From assembly GCF_006345805.1 (NCBI RefSeq), contig NC_043014.1:21328001-21392000 (forward strand): 64,000 nucleotides of DNA, read 5' to 3'. The DNA is from Octopus sinensis (taxonomy: Eukaryota). Position 1 is the stretch's first letter; each line of letters starts with the position of its first letter. The translations under genes and the position numbers were made by a program. Below are positions 46,040-58,111 of the stretch, in pieces. A model generated the notes under the pieces. That model saw only the letters and a program-made list of their open reading frames with translations. It searched no databases and was not told where the DNA came from.

Positions 46040-46350
46040 GTAGGAGTAGCTGTGTGGTAAGTAGCTTGCTTACGAACCACATGGTTCCGGGTTCAGTCCC
46101 ACTGCGTTTATATATATATATGTATATGTGTGTAAATGTTTGTGTGTCTGTGTTTGTCCCCCAACATCGCTTGACAACCGATGCTGGTGTGTTTACGTCC
46201 CCGGAACCTAGCGGTTCGGCAAAAGAAACCGATGGAATAAGTACTAGGCTTACAAAGAATAAGTCCTGGGGTCGATTAGCTCGACTAAAGGCAGTGCTCC
46301 AGCATGGCCACAGTCACTTGACTGAAACAAGTAAAAGAGTAAAAGAATAT
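46040..46350 (+). mobile_element. SINE family A copy (its tail is part of an inverted duplication)
   Basis: GGAGTAGCTGTGTGGTAAG head, GGTTCAGTCCC box, conserved tail. Confidence 0.8.
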
Positions 46351-46431
46351 AGATAGATAAACTGGCAAAATGACCATTCCGAAATATAACAATATCTGTT
46401 TCAACACACGACTTCACATAAAAAATCTTGC

Positions 46432-46485
<54 letters not shown>

Positions 46486-46693
46486 GTGCAGATTTTTTAT
46501 GTGAAGTAGTGTGTGTTGAAACAGATATTGTTATATTTCGGAATGGTCATTTTGCCAGTTATCTATCTATATTCTTTTACTCTTTTACTTGTTTCAGTCA
46601 AGTGACTGTGGCCATGCTGGAGCACTGCCTTTAGTCAAGCTAATCGATCCCAGGACTTATTCTTTGTAAGCCTAGTACTTATTCCATCGGTTT
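46226..46693. repeat. ~215-bp inverted repeat centred on (TA)n
   Basis: 46226-46440 is the near-perfect reverse complement of 46478-46693. Confidence 0.9.
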
Positions 46694-47254
46694 TGTATAT
46701 ATATATATACGACAGGCTTCTTTCAGTTTTCGCCTACCAAATCCATTCACAAGGTTTTGGTTGGCTCGAGGCTATAGTGGAAGACACTTGCCCAAGTGGA
46801 ACTGAGCCCGGAACCATGTGGTTAGCAAGCAAGCTTCTTACCACACAGTCACATTAAATTCTGCATTATTTTGAAGAATTTCTGTATTTTGCATTGACGC
46901 AGGCATGTAACGAATTTATTTATTATTATATACAATATGAATTATTTACATGTTTCTAAGTTACGAAACAGTTTGTCGTCAGGCCACGACAGAGCGAGAG
47001 GATGTTCTTTAAGCCGAGGATTTTAAATTTAGGGAGACAATATTTACATATCGCCTGATGAAACACAACTAGATCTCATAAGGCAGGAAAGCGGTTACAT
47101 AATCAAGTACCTGCACTCTTGGAGAACTACGTTGCATGGAAATAATTGTAGTGATTGAAAAATAAATGTCCAAAAATAAGTGTCCAACCGTACATATATA
47201 TAATGTATGTGTATTATCTCTGTGTTAATATATATATATATATGTATGTATCTA

Positions 47255-47410
47255 TGAAAGAAGCGGAAAATGTTATTACACTTACAACGACTACTTGGTC
47301 GAAGAGACTGGCCTGGAATGTATCCAGGACCTCGAGGCAGTGATGTTGGACCGAGAAGTGTGACTGGTGGACTCCCTCGCTGCGGCCCGGGTTGGAACAC
47401 GGCCATAAAA
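47255..47410 (+). mobile_element. RTE-type LINE 3' end with A-rich tail
   Basis: TYNDYLVEETGLECIQDLEAVMLDREV* resembles the RTE ORF C-terminus, followed by an A-rich run. Confidence 0.6.
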
Positions 47411-47734
47411 AAAAGAAAAAAGAAAACATTCGTGTCTAGCCTTTGGTAGTGTCATTGTTTAAATCAGTGGTTCTCAACCAGGGTTCATATAAGACTTGGT
47501 CGTTAAAATTTATCTTCAATAAATTGGTTATACTTCTACAATACACAAAATGTCAAAAAGAATTTATACAATTCCTAATAATATAATATAATATGATTTA
47601 ATAAAACGTGGAATGGTTAGGAGTGTCCAAACGAATAAAATACGAAACAGAGGGAGTCCACACGCAAAAGTATATAAACATCATAAACTGAGTTGATATC
47701 AGTTGTTTGTTTACATTTCAGTTTTATTATATAT

Positions 47735-47888
47735 TTGCGTGGCTGTATGGTAAGAAGCTTGCTTCATAACCACATGGTTCCGGGCTCAGTCCCATTGCGT
47801 GGCACGTTGGGCAAGTGTCTTTTGCTACACCCTCGGGCCGACCAAAGCCTTGTGAATGGATTTGGTAGACCAAACTGGAAGACGCTTG

Positions 47889-47938
<50 letters not shown>

Positions 47939-48045
47939 TATATGTTTGTCTTTGTCCCCGTCACCGTTGACAACTGGTGTTTGTGTATTTGGTTCCCGTA
48001 ACTAGTGATTCGGGAAAAGGGTCCCGAGAGAATAAGCAAGTACTA
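47735..48045 (+). mobile_element. SINE family A copy
   Basis: GTGGCTGTATGGTAAG head plus family body. Other partial copies at 28270-28390, 46710-46850, 51900-52070, 56125-56230, 61755-61870, 62240-62455. Confidence 0.75.
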
Positions 48046-48674
48046 GGCGGTCTTGTGGTTATCGTTTATGCATGTCGAAAACCTTTAAAAAAATGGTTTT
48101 TAATATATATCATATGATGCTGAATCCAAATTATTATTCATTTATTCCAGAAAAATTTTGATAATTTTCAGAATTTTCAGCCAATCAGAAAACAGCGCGT
48201 TCGCTGCCTCTTCCGTCATCTGTCACTGTAGCGAGTCGGGTGGCACCGGCATGTCAGAACATTAATCTAGCTACAGTAAACAGTGAAAAACATTAAAACA
48301 TCCGCGAGTAAATTAAATGTTTAAAAGCTACGAGCAAACTAACAGCGGTTGCTAGAAATAACAGTCAAAACGTTGCTTAAAACAAACATTTATTAGTTAA
48401 AAAACTCAAGAACGAAAGGATTTTATAAAATAAAATATCTTTCTCCTATCTCATTTTCCACATAGATTCACAGAAATAAGAGTCGACCATGGAACACCGG
48501 TGTATATTTCCACACTTTAAAAATGCTCGGGACACAAAAGATGTTTTCCTGGGGCGAAAACAACAGTAACATCGTCCTTTAAATGACTGCCACATTCTGT
48601 TGGCATATAAATATTACTATACTCTATATATCCCGCTCAGAGATTTAAAACAAGTTATACATACATACATACAC

Positions 48675-48731
<57 letters not shown>

Positions 48732-48784
48732 AAAGTCATAGATGATAAGGAAATATGTTGATGAAATTTTATCAAATAATAAGA

Positions 48785-49475
48785 AATTAATTAATTTGGA
48801 ATAATCATTAATTTCACCTACATGCCGAAATCTACTTGGTGAAATTAATGATTATTCCAAATTAATTAATTTCACCCTATATTATTACTGATAACCATAT
48901 TTCATCCCAGTAAATGACACACAACATCTTGTCTTGGCTACACGCTGGTGGGAAGGGGTTGGTGACACAAACTTTCATTCACACTTTGAATTTGGGTGAT
49001 ACTGGTAACGGTTTAGCTCGCTCTGATACTGAGTTGAGAGTTGCCTTCATAGTATCTCGAAAATTTAATATTACAATTTCATAATTTGTAGTGTCTACGC
49101 TGATGAGAAAAGAAATTGGTAAGACATAATGATCTAATCTTATGCTTTCCTAAAACTTAATTCGAAACGTACGTCCGTAGGTGACTTAAAATTGTATGAT
49201 AGATTGCCGTCATTTCTTCTCTCTTGCCTGTCTGTGTTTGCCTTTCAAGTGCTGTGGTTTTACTGAGATCTCCCTTTTAGTGGAAAGAATAGCTATAACT
49301 CTTTGACTGCTATTTCTAAATTCGTGTGTGGTGGAGGCAAATCTTGCTAAACCCTTAATTACTTAGTATTACTTAAACTTTCCTCGAATGAGGCTTTTAC
49401 ATGCCGAAATCTACTTGGTGAAATTAATGATTATTCCAAATTAATTAATTTCACCCTATATTATTACTGATAACT
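48785..49475 (+). mobile_element. Non-autonomous PLE-like terminal-repeat element with partial tandem and inverted ends
   Basis: Direct repeat tacatgccgaaatctacttggtg...ctgataac at ~48819-48896 and ~49398-49474, an inverted piece at 48786-48818, and an internal HHR. Confidence 0.65.
49095..49180 (+). ncRNA. Type I hammerhead ribozyme (long helix II, palindromic minimal helix III)
   Basis: CTACG CTGATGA GAA...TTC GAAAC GTAC GTC CGTAG. Helix I CTACG/CGTAG, canonical core, GUC triplet at 49173-49175. Confidence 0.85.
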
Positions 49476-49476
49476 A

Positions 49477-49508
<32 letters not shown>

Positions 49509-49679
49509 CATATATATATATAGATAGATAGATACATACATACATACATGCATACATACATGCATACATGCATACATGCATACATACATAACATACATAC
49601 ATGCATACATACATACATAATACACAAAACCTGTATATATATATATATATAATATATTTATATATATATATATTATAGT

Positions 49680-49890
49680 AGAGGCGCAATGGCCCAGTGG
49701 TTAGGGCAGCGGACTCGCGGTCGCAGGATCGCGGTTTCGATTCTCAGACCGGGCGTTTTGTGTGTGTATGAGTGCGAAAACACCTAAAAAAGCTCTACGA
49801 GGCTCCGGCAGGGGGTGGTGATCCCTGCTGTACTCTTTCACACACAATGGCGGTGCCCCAGCATGGCCACAGCTCAAGAGCTGAAACTGA
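49680..49890 (+). mobile_element. tRNA-derived SINE family D (GGAGGCGCAATGGCCCAGTGG head), partial, with family-A-like tail
   Basis: A-box TGGCCCAGTGG, B-box GGTTTCGATTC; the 3' part ggcggtgccccagcatggcc matches the family A tail. Confidence 0.75.
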
Positions 49891-50075
49891 AAAAAACAAA
49901 AACAAAAACAAACATATATATATATATATATATATATACTATATATATATACATATACGTGGATACATTCATTCAAGCATACTACACACGAAGTCAAGCA
50001 TGCATACATATAGAAATACAATCTGATACATGCGCACATGTATAGTGGGAAGCGCAGAGGTAGAGAGTTCATTGA

Positions 50076-50118
<43 letters not shown>

Positions 50119-50119
50119 G

Positions 50120-50510
50120 TGGAGGCGCAATGGCCCAGTGGTTAGGGCAGCGGGCTCGCGGTCATAGGATCGCGGTTTCGATTCCCAGACCGGGCGTTGT
50201 GAGTGTTTATTGAGCGAAAACACCTAAAGCTCCACGAGGCTCCGGCAGGGGTTGGTGGTGATCCCTGCTGTACTATTTCACCACAACTTTCTCTCACTCT
50301 TACTTCCTGTTTCTGTTGTACCTGTATTTCAAAGGGCCGACCTTGTCACTCTCTGAATATCACTCGCTGAATATCCCCGAGAACTACGTTAAGGGTACAC
50401 GTGTCTGTGGAGTGCTCAGCCACTTACACGTTAATTTCACGAGCAGGCTGTTCCGTTGATTCGGATCAACCGGAACCCTCGTCGTCGTAACCGACGGAGT
50501 GCTTCCATAA
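50120..50510 (+). mobile_element. tRNA-derived SINE family D, near full length
   Basis: Same head as 49680; inserted between (TTA)n tracts. Confidence 0.8.
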
Positions 50511-50850
50511 AAACAATATTATTATTATTATTATTGAGTGAGAGAGCAGTTCATGCCATGAAAGTGACACTGGGGTAAAATATACGAATCCCAATATACC
50601 CATCATGACTACCCGTCTGATAAGGGTACACCAGGCACATGCATCACAACCATATGTGCGCGACATGGTGATCTCATATCAAGGTAAACAGCGCATGACC
50701 TTGCAGGTGGGGCCCAGTTAGAATTTTCTTCAGGTTGAGTAGCCAATCCCGCTCAAAAGGTCCCTGAATAAGGGTTGTTTAAGGATGTTGAAAGAACCAC
50801 CCATGTTTCCAGAGGTGAATTATTCAAACCCCAAAGAATCCCTCTCAACA

Positions 50851-51382
50851 CATGGCTATAATGCTCCCCCACTATTGCTATAATGCTCCCCCACCATGGC
50901 TATAATGCTCCCCCACCATGGCTATAATGCTCTCCCACCATGGCTATAATGCTCCCCCACTTATGGCTATAATGCTCCCCCACCATGGCTATAATGCTCC
51001 CCCACCATGGCTATAATGCTCCCCCACCATGGCTATAATGCTCCCCCACAATGGCTATAATGCTCCCCCACCATGGCTATAATGCTCCCCCACCATGGCT
51101 ATAATGCTCCCCCACCATGGCTATAATGCTCCCCCACCATGGCTATAATGCTCCCCCACTTATGGCTATAATGCTCCCCCACCATGGCTATAATGCTCCC
51201 CCACCATGGCTATAATGCTCCCCCCATGGCTATAATGCTCCCCCACTTATGGCTAATATGCTCCCCCACCATGGCTATAATGCTCCCCCACTTATAGCTA
51301 TAATGCTCCCCCACCATGGCTATAATGCTCCCCCACCATGGCTATAATGCTCCCCCACTTATGGCTATAATGCTCCCCCACT
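50851..51382. repeat. 22-bp minisatellite (ATGGCTATAATGCTCCCCCACC)n, ~24 units
   Basis: Directly visible tandem units, with a recurrent CACTT variant. Confidence 0.95.
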
Positions 51383-51396
51383 TATTATTATTATTA

Positions 51397-51437
<41 letters not shown>

Positions 51438-51439
51438 TA

Positions 51440-51830
51440 CTATGTTGTATCTGGAAAATGCAAATTCGGCGCGGTTGCAACATCTTGCTATTTTCTCAGC
51501 ATGCTTGTTTACCAAGTTTTCGTAACTTAACAGAATGCACAAGGCTTCCTCGAGGCACAGGGCACATACGCCAGATGATATATTATATGGGTGTGCATTT
51601 TTTTTATAATTGACCATTCTATTTCATATTTTATTTTTCCTTCTTTTAATCTCCCGCTAGTGATGTTGCCAGTCACAGACTTATCTTTCGGAACGACGAG
51701 ATATGGTTGCAATAACGGACATTCAATAGGTTTTCGGAGACTCATAATTCGATAAAGGTATTTATGGCCGGTGTATGGGGTTACCCTGGGTTTCGCGTCC
51801 ATAAAGCGCTTTATGGACATGAGTAACTTC
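51440..51830 (-). mobile_element. Penelope-like GIY-YIG C-terminal fragment
   Basis: KIKYEIEWSII..AHPYNISSGVCALCLEEALCIL...LVNK..RCCNRAEF. Confidence 0.65.
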
Positions 51831-52325
51831 ATCATAACAATCTCTATCTAAATACTCTACTGCCCTATAACTTAGAGTGTGCTTCTCTTTCGGATTTATG
51901 ATTTACTGACGATACATACATACGTGCATACATACTACGGGCTTCTACAGAGTTTCCAAATTCACTCACCAGACATTGGTCGGCTAGGTTTGTAGTGTCG
52001 CGCAGCAGAACTGGATCCGAAGCCACGTAGTTCCAAATCAGGCTTCTTAGCCACAAAACTATGCCTGCGTGCGTATGTATATGTGTGTGTGCGTGTGTGT
52101 GTGTATGTATATGTGTTTATACAAACATACTTACATACTTGTGTGTGATTGTGCGTGTGTATGTGTGTGCGTGTGTATGTGTGTGCGTGTGTGTATGCAT
52201 ATATATATATATATATACACACAGATAAATATTCTTATAAAAAGTATATGTTGCTTATATATATTTGCATACATATATACGTATGTCCGTGTATGTATAA
52301 ATCCATTCTTACATTCATACATACA

Positions 52326-52359
<34 letters not shown>

Positions 52360-52763
52360 CATTACATACATACATACATACATGCATACATGCATACATG
52401 AGAATGAGTGTACATTTGAAATCATAATTATAAGACATTGCTTTGACGCCTAATTTAATTGGCTTACGGTTATTCATGATGTTCTTCATGTCGTCTCCAT
52501 TCTTATCACCATTCTTGCCGTTGACTCTGTTCTTGGCACTGTAGTTGTTGTTGCTGTTTTAGCGTTGTTGTTCTGGTTGTTGTTGCTGTTGTTGTTTCAC
52601 TAAAAGAATAGAAGTGTAAATGTTCCGTTGATTAATGAATTATAATGATCTGTCTTTTTCTGGGAGCGGAGGAACGAGTGTATGTTTGGACTATATATAT
52701 ATATATCGTTTTGGGATTTGGTTTACAAGATTCTTTATATGAGTTCGTGTGTTGAAGCATATT

Positions 52764-52928
52764 CTGTTGTGTCTGGGGAGAGTCATTTTCTTTTTGTGCC
52801 TTATAATCTAAAACACTCACCGGTAAAAATTTAGGAAAATAAAAATAAAGAATAAGTGGAAATTTTACCGGTGAGTATGTTAAATTATAAGGCACAAAAA
52901 GAAAATGACTCTCCCCCAGACACAACAG
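52764..52928. repeat. ~68-bp inverted repeat (PLE-tail-like fragment)
   Basis: 52764-52831 is the reverse complement of 52860-52928. Confidence 0.9.
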
Positions 52929-52981
52929 TATATGTGTGTGTGTGTGTGTGTGTGTATACGTATGTATGTATGTATATGTAC

Positions 52982-53012
<31 letters not shown>

Positions 53013-53114
53013 TGTATGTATGTATGTATGTATGTATGTATGAATGTATATGTATATATGTACAAGTATATATGTGTGTGTGTATATATATGTGTCTGTG
53101 TATGTGTGTATATG

Positions 53115-53175
<61 letters not shown>

Positions 53176-53176
53176 C

Positions 53177-53892
53177 TCAAAATAAGCAACAAGAATATCT
53201 TCGGTAATGAGGTACGATCGTTTCACGCTACATCATTTTATTAAACATTGTAAGTATTACAACAGTTTAAAATGTTGAGCAATCATCAGCCATTTATAGA
53301 GGTTTTCCATTAATACTTATAATTATTTTCATGTTAATCGATAACATTATAAAGAGGGTAGATATACAGACAGAGATGTTGATTTGAATGTTAAGAACAT
53401 TAAGGTGTTAGAATTGATCTTCTGACTGAAGATTTTCTTTAAGTTATTTTGATCTGCAAGAAAGTGGGGAGTGATATTCTGTTGAATGGAGACAATATAA
53501 TCCCCCTTCCACTTTAATTTCTTCAGGAATAACTTCTGACATTTATTTCACCCCTACCTATTTCTATAAATAGAAAATCTCTTTTGTCTCCATTCAACCG
53601 AATATCCCTCCCCACTTTCTTGCAGATCAAAATAACTTAAAGAAAAACTTCAGTCAGAAGATCAATTCTAACACCTTAATGTTCTTAACATTCAAATCAA
53701 CATCTCTGTCTGTATATCTACCCTCTTTATAATGTTATCGATTAACATGAAAATAAGTACATGTATTGATGGAAAACCTCTATAAATGGCTGATGATTGC
53801 TCAACATTTTAAAACTGTTGTAATACTTAAAATGATGTAGCGTGAAACGATCGTACCAAATTACAGAAGATATTCTTGTTGCTTATTTTGAT
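53177..53892. repeat. ~310-bp inverted repeat, each arm carrying a type I hammerhead motif
   Basis: 53177-53496 matches the reverse complement of 53584-53892. HHRs at 53205-53296(-) and 53783-53863(+). Confidence 0.85.
53783..53863 (+). ncRNA. Type I hammerhead ribozyme candidate
   Basis: TGG CTGATGA TTGCT...AGCGT GAAAC GATC GTA CCA, with a palindromic GATC in helix III. Confidence 0.7.
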
Positions 53893-54012
53893 TATAATCA
53901 CCCCATGGATTTATATGGATAACACCGTACAAAATTCTGGTGCATCTGACTTAAGTACCATTTTCATTTGAATCTAAATTTTGCTGTATATATATATATA
54001 TATATATAATAT

Positions 54013-54081
<69 letters not shown>

Positions 54082-54112
54082 ATATATATATATACATACA
54101 TATATTTACATA

Positions 54113-55400
54113 TAGGAGGGAGTACCCAAAAGAAACAGGTATTTTGCAATATTCTTTTATTCACTTTATTTTATAGGTTTGCATTTTTATTGCCTTCAAA
54201 GTATTTGAAGCAATGTATCGGTCCAGACGCGTTTTCCACTGTTCGTAGCAGTCCTGGAACTCTTGCAAAGCGATACCTTTTAACGCCTCCGTGGTTGTTT
54301 TTTTCTTCCTCATCTGCAAAACGCTTTCTTTTAAGGACTTTCTTCATTCGGGGGCTAGAAAATAGGACCATGGAGCAAGATCAGGTGATTAGAGAGGTTG
54401 GGTAAGTGGGGTCATGCCATTTTTGGTCAAAAATGGTTTCACACGCAAGTTGGTATGCGCAGAGGCATTGTCGTGATGAAACCCACCACTCTCCACATTG
54501 TCACAGGTCGGGGCGTTTTCGACTCACTGCGTCTCGCAAATGCTTCAGAACTGCCAAGTAAAATGTCTGGTTAATAGTTTGACCAGGAGGAACAAATTCT
54601 GTGTGAACAATTCTTTTCACACCGATGAAACAAATCAGCATCATTTTAACATTGGCCTTCACTTAACGCGCTTTTTTTGGGCGTGGTGACATCAAATGCT
54701 TCCATTGACTTGATTGCTACTTTGTTTCTGGGTCGTAGCTGTAGGAGCAGCTTTCGTCACTAGTGATGACCTTCGAAAAAAGGTCTGGATCAACTTCCAA
54801 CTGTTCTTTCAGTTCATGACACGCATTTAGTCGTGACTGCTTTTGATCTTCTATGAGTAGGCGAGGTACAAATTTTGCTGCAACTCTTTTCATTTGCAAT
54901 TCTTCGCTCAAAATTCGCTGGCAGGAGCTCCAGGACACACCAGTCATGTCAACAAGTTTGTGAATTGTTCGGCGACGGTCCTCCAAGATCAATTCATGAA
55001 TTTTTATGAAGCTTTCATTCGTTCAGAAGATCGACGTTCGCCCTGAACGAGGTTGGCCTTCAAGCGACAAGTGACCATTCCTAAAGCGTGAAAACCAGTC
55101 GTAAACTTGTGTTTTGCTCATGGCAGCGTCTTTGTAAGTTGTTTGAACAACTGTTTCGGCCGCCATATTCAGCCAACAGAAAACAGAATTTCCTTCGTTT
55201 CGGCCATCACAAAAATCCACGAACAGGGGAAAAGCACTGCAAAACAAAGACGCACCACGTAGCAGCACGACCTCAGACGACGACGTCTGTTAGAAGACTG
55301 ATACCTGAGGGTTGCATCAAGTGACTTCTAGCGGCGAAAGTGTGAACTTAACGGGCTTGTCCCGCAGAGAACGTTTCCGGTTACTTTTGGGTAAGTGCTC
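54113..55400 (-). mobile_element. Mariner-family DNA transposon, full length, decayed
   Basis: TIR-like TACCCAAAAG(A/T)AAC(A/C)GG at both ends; peptides QVYDWFSRFRNG..PRSGR, AAKFVPRLL, VITSDES..YDPETK, KRKRFAD. Confidence 0.9.
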
Positions 55401-56949
55401 TGAGATTACTTACTATAACAAACTGTGTGTGTGTGTGTGCGTGTCTGTGTGTCTGTGTGTCTGTCTGTGTTTGTGTCTGTGTGTGTGCGCGTGCGCGCGT
55501 GTCTGCACAGAAGAACATATATTTTACTGCCGATGCTTTGCTGTATGTGTGTATGTGTTTACACGCGCGCATACACACATACATCCCAACATCCTCCACC
55601 CCCACAGACACCCTATACACATAGTATGTATATATATTTTCATAGCTGGGTGTTCCCCACGGTGACGTAGCAACATGTACGCCGCTTTTGCTAATTGCTG
55701 TAGGTGCCCATATAATGGTGAACAGACATAAACAACCTCTCGACTCTTCTCTCCTTTTACTCAAGATGTTACAGATGGACGGAGAGAAAGTTGTACCAAC
55801 ACTCGACTTGTACACATTTTGAAGCGAGTTGAATGAAGTAACGTGCAATATAGTGCCTTACGAAAAGACACAACGTGCTGCCCGACCCAGGAATTGAATC
55901 CATAACATTCTTAATCATGAGCTGAATACTCTAAGCATTAGACCACACACCCAGAAAGAAATTGTACTGGGGTTTACTTGGTCGAACAAACCTTTCGATA
56001 TTCTTCTAGAAGCTTTATGCTTTGGATTCTTTATACGATGATCAGCTTTACCTAATACCAATAACTCGGTTTTACTGTATCACTTTTGCGGGAGAATACT
56101 AGCGTATACCAGAACCAAAGGCACAGTCGTGACTGTGTGGTAAGAAGCTTGCTTCCCAACCACATGGCTCCAAGTTCAGTCCCACTGCGTGGCGCTTTGG
56201 GCAGGTGCTTTGTATTATAGACTCAGGCCGACTATGAAGATGTGTGTGTGTGTGTTACATATATAATACATATGTATTATGTATGTAATACACACATAGG
56301 AGAAGTCAACTCGAGACCAAGTAAGACCACTTCTAAAACTCGGCAAGTCCGAACAAACGTACCGACAGTTCAGGGAGTTGCTGAGCGTGAATTTGCTTTG
56401 AGTGGATAAAGTGTTTCACTGCACTGAATCCACTTTTCAGTGCAATCAGCTAAAAAACCAGTGCACAACAGAGGTTGAGACGACCAGAAACCAACAGCAC
56501 TTCAGGTTTTACTCTACGAGTTTATCTTCTACAAGGACGTTTTAATGAGAACTAGATGTCTTTCACTCTAACGGATGCTAATAATCTGGATCAGAGTAGA
56601 TGTGGGACCAATAGCGGTTAAGAGGCAGTTCCACAAAGACCCTAGAACTCAACATGAGGCAGAATCATGTGTATTTAACACATCTCTTATCTCCAATGAA
56701 CAAACCTGTTCTTTTCCTTAATGCATATCATCATTAGAGAAAGCTTTATTTTTGAGATTCTTTTCATTTGTCATATGGAGGTGGTCCCATTTGCTGTCTG
56801 GTAATTATGATACATTTCCTAGAAGCGAAGATGACTTTAATAAATCAAGAATTTATATTGTACTGTATTTGGTGTACTGTATTTGTCTATGCTGTTCATC
56901 TATATGATACGAGCCACTTAGAGTTATTCCTCTAAGCTCACATCTGTTT

Positions 56950-57385
56950 TCATGATGTGTTTGAGAGGGAAACATAAACTCAGATAAATATGTGTCTATA
57001 TTGCAGAAAGGACTCCTTCCAATCTTCTCAAGTGGCGAAATGATTAAAGAAGACCCTTTATTTATGTAAGATGGGACTCCTTGTCACGCGGCTAAAATGA
57101 CCCAAGATTTGCTGGAAGAGAATGGCATTAAAAAGCTTCCATGGCCAAACCAGCCACCAGATATGAACCCTATTGAACACCTCTGGGGCATAATGGACAG
57201 GACACCTCTTAAAAAGAATAAGAAAGCATTTTCAAAGCCAGATCTTTTGAGATTACTGCATGAAACTTGGCAAGAAATTCCCCAAGAGAATATTCGTCAT
57301 CTGATCAGTAACATGCCTAATAGGGTCCTTGCATTGAAAAATGCAAAGGGCATGCCTACTAAACACTTAATATTCACATAATAAC
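56950..57385 (+). mobile_element. Tc1-family transposase 3' fragment
   Basis: GNINSDKYVSIL, FM*DGTPCH, WPNQPPDMNPIEHLW, LISNMPNRV..AKGMPTK. Confidence 0.85.
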
Positions 57386-57529
57386 AATTAATAAATAATT
57401 TAAATATATAATTTCAGATTTAAATAAATTAATTTCTGTCATGTCTGTGTATACACGCACAAACAGATACATATGCATATCTATCATTATATAAATGGAT
57501 ATCTATAAAAATTATATATATACAGACAT

Positions 57530-57615
57530 ACTCAGAACGACCATTGCTGGTGACAGCTCCCCATACTATTACAGAGATACCGCCATGTTTCACTGTTGGT
57601 TGAAGTCGTTTCAAA
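57530..57615 (-). mobile_element. Tc1 transposase fragment (inverted)
   Basis: RLQPTVKHGGISVIVWGAVTSNGRSE. Confidence 0.75.
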
Positions 57616-57793
57616 TATACTAAATACACAGGCGAACAGAAAACACAGAAGGTCACCGATTCTTCATCAGTTATCAGTCAGAGGATCAAATGCAATTTCG
57701 GCCATTATCGATACTGATTCCACTGTGGAGGTATCGACAAGAAAATTGCTGGGAATGGGTCCAAAACATAACAAAGCGATATTTTCATTCTTT

Positions 57794-57880
<87 letters not shown>

Positions 57881-58111
57881 TATATATATATTAATCAATA
57901 TAGGGTGGCAAAAAATTTTGTAGAATTTTTTTGCCACCAGCGGCCTAGTGGGAAAAATTAAATAGTCATAGACCATTTTTAAGTTCAACATCAACAATCA
58001 AGGAACGGCCATAATAGGCCATTCACCCACTAGAAATAACAGCCAAAGCTTCAACCGCAAATAACATCAATTCCGTAAACCAGGAGAAAATTAAAAAACA
58101 TTTACCCTGTA

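Noticed and set aside
46950-47100. CTGACGA(-) and CTGATGA(+) with nearby GAAA
   Set aside because: No helix I or II complementarity found in any strand order
49376-49425. Second hammerhead-like motif (CGAATGA GGC..GCC GAAA)
   Set aside because: The core deviates from CUGANGA and there is no convincing helix III/NUH
49680-50200. tRNA genes at the SINE heads
   Set aside because: A/B boxes continue into shared repeat bodies with no complete cloverleaf or terminator; these are SINEs
50851-51382. CRISPR-like regular repeat
   Set aside because: Units are contiguous with no unique spacers, there are no cas genes, and the context is eukaryotic
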